From contig NZ_JAUSME010000322.1 of the NCBI RefSeq assembly GCF_030645555.1, forward strand, positions 1-43,625: DNA of 43,625 nt. Direction: 5' to 3'. The stretch is from Herminiimonas sp. (lineage in GTDB: Bacteria > Pseudomonadota > Gammaproteobacteria > Burkholderiales > Burkholderiaceae_D). Under the pieces are notes generated by a model. That model was not told the origin of the DNA. It was given only the letters and a program-made list of their open reading frames with translations, and ran no database searches. Below are positions 40,161 to 43,625 of this stretch, piece by piece. The stretch's first letter is position 1; the number at the start of each line of letters is the position of its first letter. Made by a program: the position numbers and the translations under genes.

Positions 40161-41621
40161 ATGCAGTGGGAAGTCGTAATCGGTCTGGAAACGCATACGC
40201 AGTTGACGACCAAGACCAAAATTTTCAGCGGGTCGCCTACACAATTCGGCGCCGAACCAAACACGCAAACATCGCCGGTCGACCTGGCATTGCCCGGCTC
40301 CTTGCCGGTGATGAACCGCACCGCAGTCGAACGCGCAATTCAATTTGGCCTGGCAATCGGCGCAACGATAGCGCCGCACTCAGTCTTTGCGCGCAAGAAT
40401 TATTTCTATCCCGATCTGCCCAAGGGCTACCAGATCAGCCAGATGGATCTGCCTATCGTGCAGGGCGGCCGCGTTTCGTTTGCGATGGAAGTCGACGGCA
40501 AAACCGAAATCCGCTCGGTGCAATTGACGCGCGCGCATCTGGAAGAAGATGCCGGCAAGTCGCTGCATGAAGATTACCAGGGCATGACCGGCATAGACCT
40601 GAACCGCGCCGGCACGCCGCTGCTGGAAATCGTCACCGAGCCCGACATGCGCAGCGCAACCGAAGCCGTCGCCTACGCCAAGGCCTTGCACACGCTGGTG
40701 ACCTGGATAGGCATTTGCGACGGCAACATGCAGGAAGGCTCCTTCCGTTGCGACGCCAATGTATCGGTGCGCCCGGTCGGGCAAAAGGAATATGGCACGC
40801 GCTGCGAAATCAAGAACCTGAATTCATTCCGCTTCATGGAAGATGCAATCAACTATGAAGTGCGGCGCCAGATCGAACTGATAGAAGATGGCGGCCGCGT
40901 GGTGCAGGCAACGCGCCTGTACGATCCGGACAAGAAGGAAACACGTGAAATGCGCAGCAAGGAAAATGCGCACGACTACCGCTACTTCCCCGATCCTGAT
41001 TTGCCGCCGCTGGTCATCAGCGCAGCATGGATAGCACGCGTGCAAGCCGAGATGCCGGAATTGCCGGGCGCCATGCGCGACCGTTTCGTGCGCGATTACG
41101 CATTGTCGGAATACGATGCCGCCGTGCTGACGCAATCGAAGGCGATGGCAAATTACTTTGAAGCCGTGACGGCGATCGCCGGCAAGGAACAAGCCAAACC
41201 CGCCGCCAACTGGCTGATGGGCGACGTCGCCTCGACACTCAATCGCGAAGGCATAGAGATCGCCGCCGCACCGGTCGCCGCAGCGCAACTCGCCTTGTTA
41301 CTGCAACGCATCGCCGATGGCACGATTTCCAACAAGCTGGCGAAAGAAGTATTCAGCGCAATGTGGGAAGCCAAATCGGATAGCGCTACGCTGGCCGATG
41401 AAGTGATCGAGTCGAAAGGCTTGAAACAGATTTCCGACAGCGGCGCACTGGAAAAAATCGTCGATGACGTATTGGCTGCAAACGCCAAATCGGTGGAAGA
41501 ATTCCGCGCCGGCAAGGAGCAGGCTATCAATGCCCTGATGGGACAGGCGATGAAGGCCAGCAAAGGGAAAGCCAATCCGGCCCAGCTTACCGAGCTGTTG
41601 AAGAAAAAACTGACGGCTTGA
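40161..41621 (+). CDS. gatB: Asp/Glu-tRNA amidotransferase subunit B
   Basis: [54 protein letters not shown]. Confidence 0.98.
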   Translation: MQWEVVIGLETHTQLTTKTKIFSGSPTQFGAEPNTQTSPVDLALPGSLPVMNRTAVERAIQFGLAIGATIAPHSVFARKNYFYPDLPKGYQISQMDLPIVQGGRVSFAMEVDGKTEIRSVQLTRAHLEEDAGKSLHEDYQGMTGIDLNRAGTPLLEIVTEPDMRSATEAVAYAKALHTLVTWIGICDGNMQEGSFRCDANVSVRPVGQKEYGTRCEIKNLNSFRFMEDAINYEVRRQIELIEDGGRVVQATRLYDPDKKETREMRSKENAHDYRYFPDPDLPPLVISAAWIARVQAEMPELPGAMRDRFVRDYALSEYDAAVLTQSKAMANYFEAVTAIAGKEQAKPAANWLMGDVASTLNREGIEIAAAPVAAAQLALLLQRIADGTISNKLAKEVFSAMWEAKSDSATLADEVIESKGLKQISDSGALEKIVDDVLAANAKSVEEFRAGKEQAINALMGQAMKASKGKANPAQLTELLKKKLTA

Positions 41622-41638
41622 TTAAGCAAGCCAAAAAT

Positions 41639-41673
41639 AAAAAGCGCGCTCCGTAAAACGGGCGCGCTTTTTT
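41639..41673. terminator. Bidirectional intrinsic terminator after gatB
   Basis: AAAAAGCGCGCT(C)CGT-AAA-ACGGGCGCGCTTTTTT between convergent genes. Confidence 0.8.
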
Positions 41674-41702
41674 CATTTAAAACATTAGCCAAGCTACCGC
41701 GC

Positions 41703-42064
41703 TTACCCAAGTCGACACCGGAACTCGGCTTTCAACCACTGGCCTCCACTATCGAGGCAGGCGTCCACAGCCAGGAACTCGCGGAAAATGGGGAAACGGC
41801 CAGTGCCAATGAAAACGCAAGGATGAAAATGGGCAATTTGCTGACTGGCCGGCTGCCGCGAAATAGGAAAAAAATACCGAAACCTGCGAGCACGGCGGCC
41901 ACTGACCATACTGAAAAACTTCCTGCACTAAAAAGCCAGGCAGAAGGGTGGCCATCCGCAGCACTGCTTGCGACCCAGGCGCGATGCGCTGCATTATTCA
42001 GGCAAAGCAGGCCCAGGGCTACAAAAGCCAGCAGACCAAACCAGCGAATCACAATTCTCGCCAT
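41703..42064 (-). pseudogene. Small multi-pass membrane protein gene, apparently split by a 1-bp frameshift
   Basis: Frame A gives three hydrophobic segments up to ...LAVSPF. Frame B continues FREFLAVDACLDSGGQWLKAEFRCRLG*. One extra T in the T4 run (+ strand A4, 41785-41788) joins them. Confidence 0.55.
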
Positions 42065-42356
42065 CGACATAAACTCAATTTTTTAAATGATGAATAAGCA
42101 GAGCGTGCTGGATAAGCCGGCCGCCTGCTCATAGGGAATCCGCCCAGTCGTTGACTACAAGCAGATGCACTGTGCGCGCAGCATTACGCGCCTGAAACAA
42201 CTTTACGGATGGGGCTGATGATAGATACAGCGAGCCTGTCACGCCATCCCATGAATATGGGGCCGCAATTTAAATGCGAATATCGATCAGGCTTTCTTGA
42301 TTTGAACAGAGCACATGCCGGGCTTCCGGCATGCCTGTCCATGGATACCGATGTAC

Positions 42357-42974
42357 TTATCGGGATGAAGCAGTTTTTGAAATTTCGCGGTAACGCAGCA
42401 AGGTCAAATCGTATTTCGCATCGACGCGCATGAGTTCGACTTCGCTTTCATGCAGCCTTAGCTTCAGATCGCGCGCGCCTTGCTCGGCCCGCTCCAGCTT
42501 GTATTGCAAACCTGCCGACACAGGGCCGCGCTTTTTTTGCGCCTCGACTGCAGCCTGCGCTTCTTTCCATTCTTTGTCGACATTCGACAAAGCCTTTTTT
42601 TGCTGGGCAATCTGTTCGCTCACGACGCTGGTATCGCGCTTGCGGGCCTGTGCAATATCGTCTTCGCTGCGGTAACGGGAGACCAGCGCGCGATCCGCTT
42701 TTTTCTGCTCCTCGGCGGCCAGACGTTCGGCTTTTTTCTTTTCTTCCTGCAAAAGTTTTTCGCGGCTTTGCTCGGCAGTCAGCGGTGCAGAGATATCCCT
42801 TTTCACCGCGCCATTGTTGCCGTACTCGCGTATTGCACGGTCTGCGCATTCCGGGATAGGGCGATCTGAAGTCAGCGTGCGGCCAGATGCATCGCGGCAC
42901 ATGAAAATGGCGGCATCTGCATATGCCGCCTGCATCAGCGAGAGGAAAACCAGTGTCTTGACTGCGCCCTTCAT
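42357..42974 (-). CDS. DUF4124-like secreted protein with coiled coil
   Basis: Signal peptide; IFMCRDASGRTLTSDRPIPEC resembles the DUF4124 N-terminus; charged coiled coil; DRALVSRY..EDDI. GGGAG RBS. Confidence 0.8.
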   Translation of the reverse strand: MKGAVKTLVFLSLMQAAYADAAIFMCRDASGRTLTSDRPIPECADRAIREYGNNGAVKRDISAPLTAEQSREKLLQEEKKKAERLAAEEQKKADRALVSRYRSEDDIAQARKRDTSVVSEQIAQQKKALSNVDKEWKEAQAAVEAQKKRGPVSAGLQYKLERAEQGARDLKLRLHESEVELMRVDAKYDLTLLRYREISKTASSR

Positions 42975-43001
42975 TGCACTCCCTGGAAAGAAAAGACTGC
43001 C

Positions 43002-43625
43002 TTAACTCACGCCGTACCTTTCACGGTAAGCGGCAACCGCATCCTTGTACTGCGCCTGCTCCGACCCTGCGCCTGCAGTCGAAAGATACTCAAACAAATC
43101 CGACAGGTTGCCGATCGATACGACCGGTATGCCATAGGTATTGCTGACTTCCTGCACCGCCGAATGTGCCGAAAGCGCATTGTCGGCGCCGGAGCGTTCC
43201 ATCCGGTCCAGCGCGATCAACACGGCGCATGGCGTCGCACCTGCGGCGCGTATCATGTCGACCGATTCACGCACCGAAGTGCCGGCGGAAATCACGTCAT
43301 CGATGATCACCACACGGCCCTGCAGCTTCGCGCCAACCATCGTGCCGCCTTCGCCGTGGTCCTTGGCTTCCTTGCGGTTGAACGCAAACGGCACGTCCCG
43401 CCCCTTGTGGGCCAGCGCTACTGCCGTCGCCGATGCCAGCGTGATGCCTTTGTACGCCGGGCCGAACAGCATGTCGAACTCGATGCCCGAATCGATCAGC
43501 GTCTGCGCATAAAACTCTGCCAGCCTTGCCAGCGAGCGACCCTGATTGAACAGGCCCGCATTGAAAAAGTAGGGTGAGGTGCGACCTGCCTTGGTGACAA
43601 ATTCACCGAAGCGCAGGACGCCGGT
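43002..43625 (-). CDS. pyrE: Orotate phosphoribosyltransferase (5' end beyond window)
   Basis: Frame open to the window edge: [55 protein letters not shown]. Confidence 0.97.
   Translation of the reverse strand, partial: TGVLRFGEFVTKAGRTSPYFFNAGLFNQGRSLARLAEFYAQTLIDSGIEFDMLFGPAYKGITLASATAVALAHKGRDVPFAFNRKEAKDHGEGGTMVGAKLQGRVVIIDDVISAGTSVRESVDMIRAAGATPCAVLIALDRMERSGADNALSAHSAVQEVSNTYGIPVVSIGNLSDLFEYLSTAGAGSEQAQYKDAVAAYRERYGVS

Noticed and set aside
42071-42356. Intergenic region with hairpin CATGCCGG-GCTT-CCGGCATG (42314-42333) and a 74-aa ORF at 42209
   Set aside because: The hairpin is most simply the 3' stem of the DUF4124-like gene. The ORF overlaps that gene and has no features. No recognisable ncRNA.

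Overview
Mostly core chromosome of a betaproteobacterium; the 16S sequence and gene order look like Burkholderiales, probably Oxalobacteraceae (from recall, not a database search). In order: the 5' 665 nt of a 16S rRNA gene (- strand) with its leader and tandem promoters; enoyl-CoA hydratase, mltA, apaG; rpe-gph-trpE-trpG-trpD-trpC; M61 peptidase, dsbC, UbiH-family hydroxylase; tRNA-Phe; cytochrome c5; PsiF; a response regulator / LysM-FecR protein / CHASE2 histidine kinase module; hemA-prfA-dsbB-prmC; TlpA, M48 peptidase, lemA; BON-gmhA/diaA-yraN-lpoA and rsmI; rlpA-rodA-mrdA-mreDCB; gatCAB; a frameshifted membrane-protein gene; a DUF4124-like protein; partial pyrE. I found no transposase, integrase, phage gene or CRISPR array. 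The most notable signals are: (1) a synonymously diverged duplicate of the trpE 3' end, with a palindromic 90-bp insert between the copies that keeps an open frame to trpG; (2) a 4-Trp leader peptide with an attenuator-like hairpin before trpE; (3) the LysM-FecR/CHASE2 three-component signalling module; (4) an unlisted 46-aa membrane peptide on the opposite strand between mltA and apaG; (5) a homopolymer frameshift in the gene after gatB.
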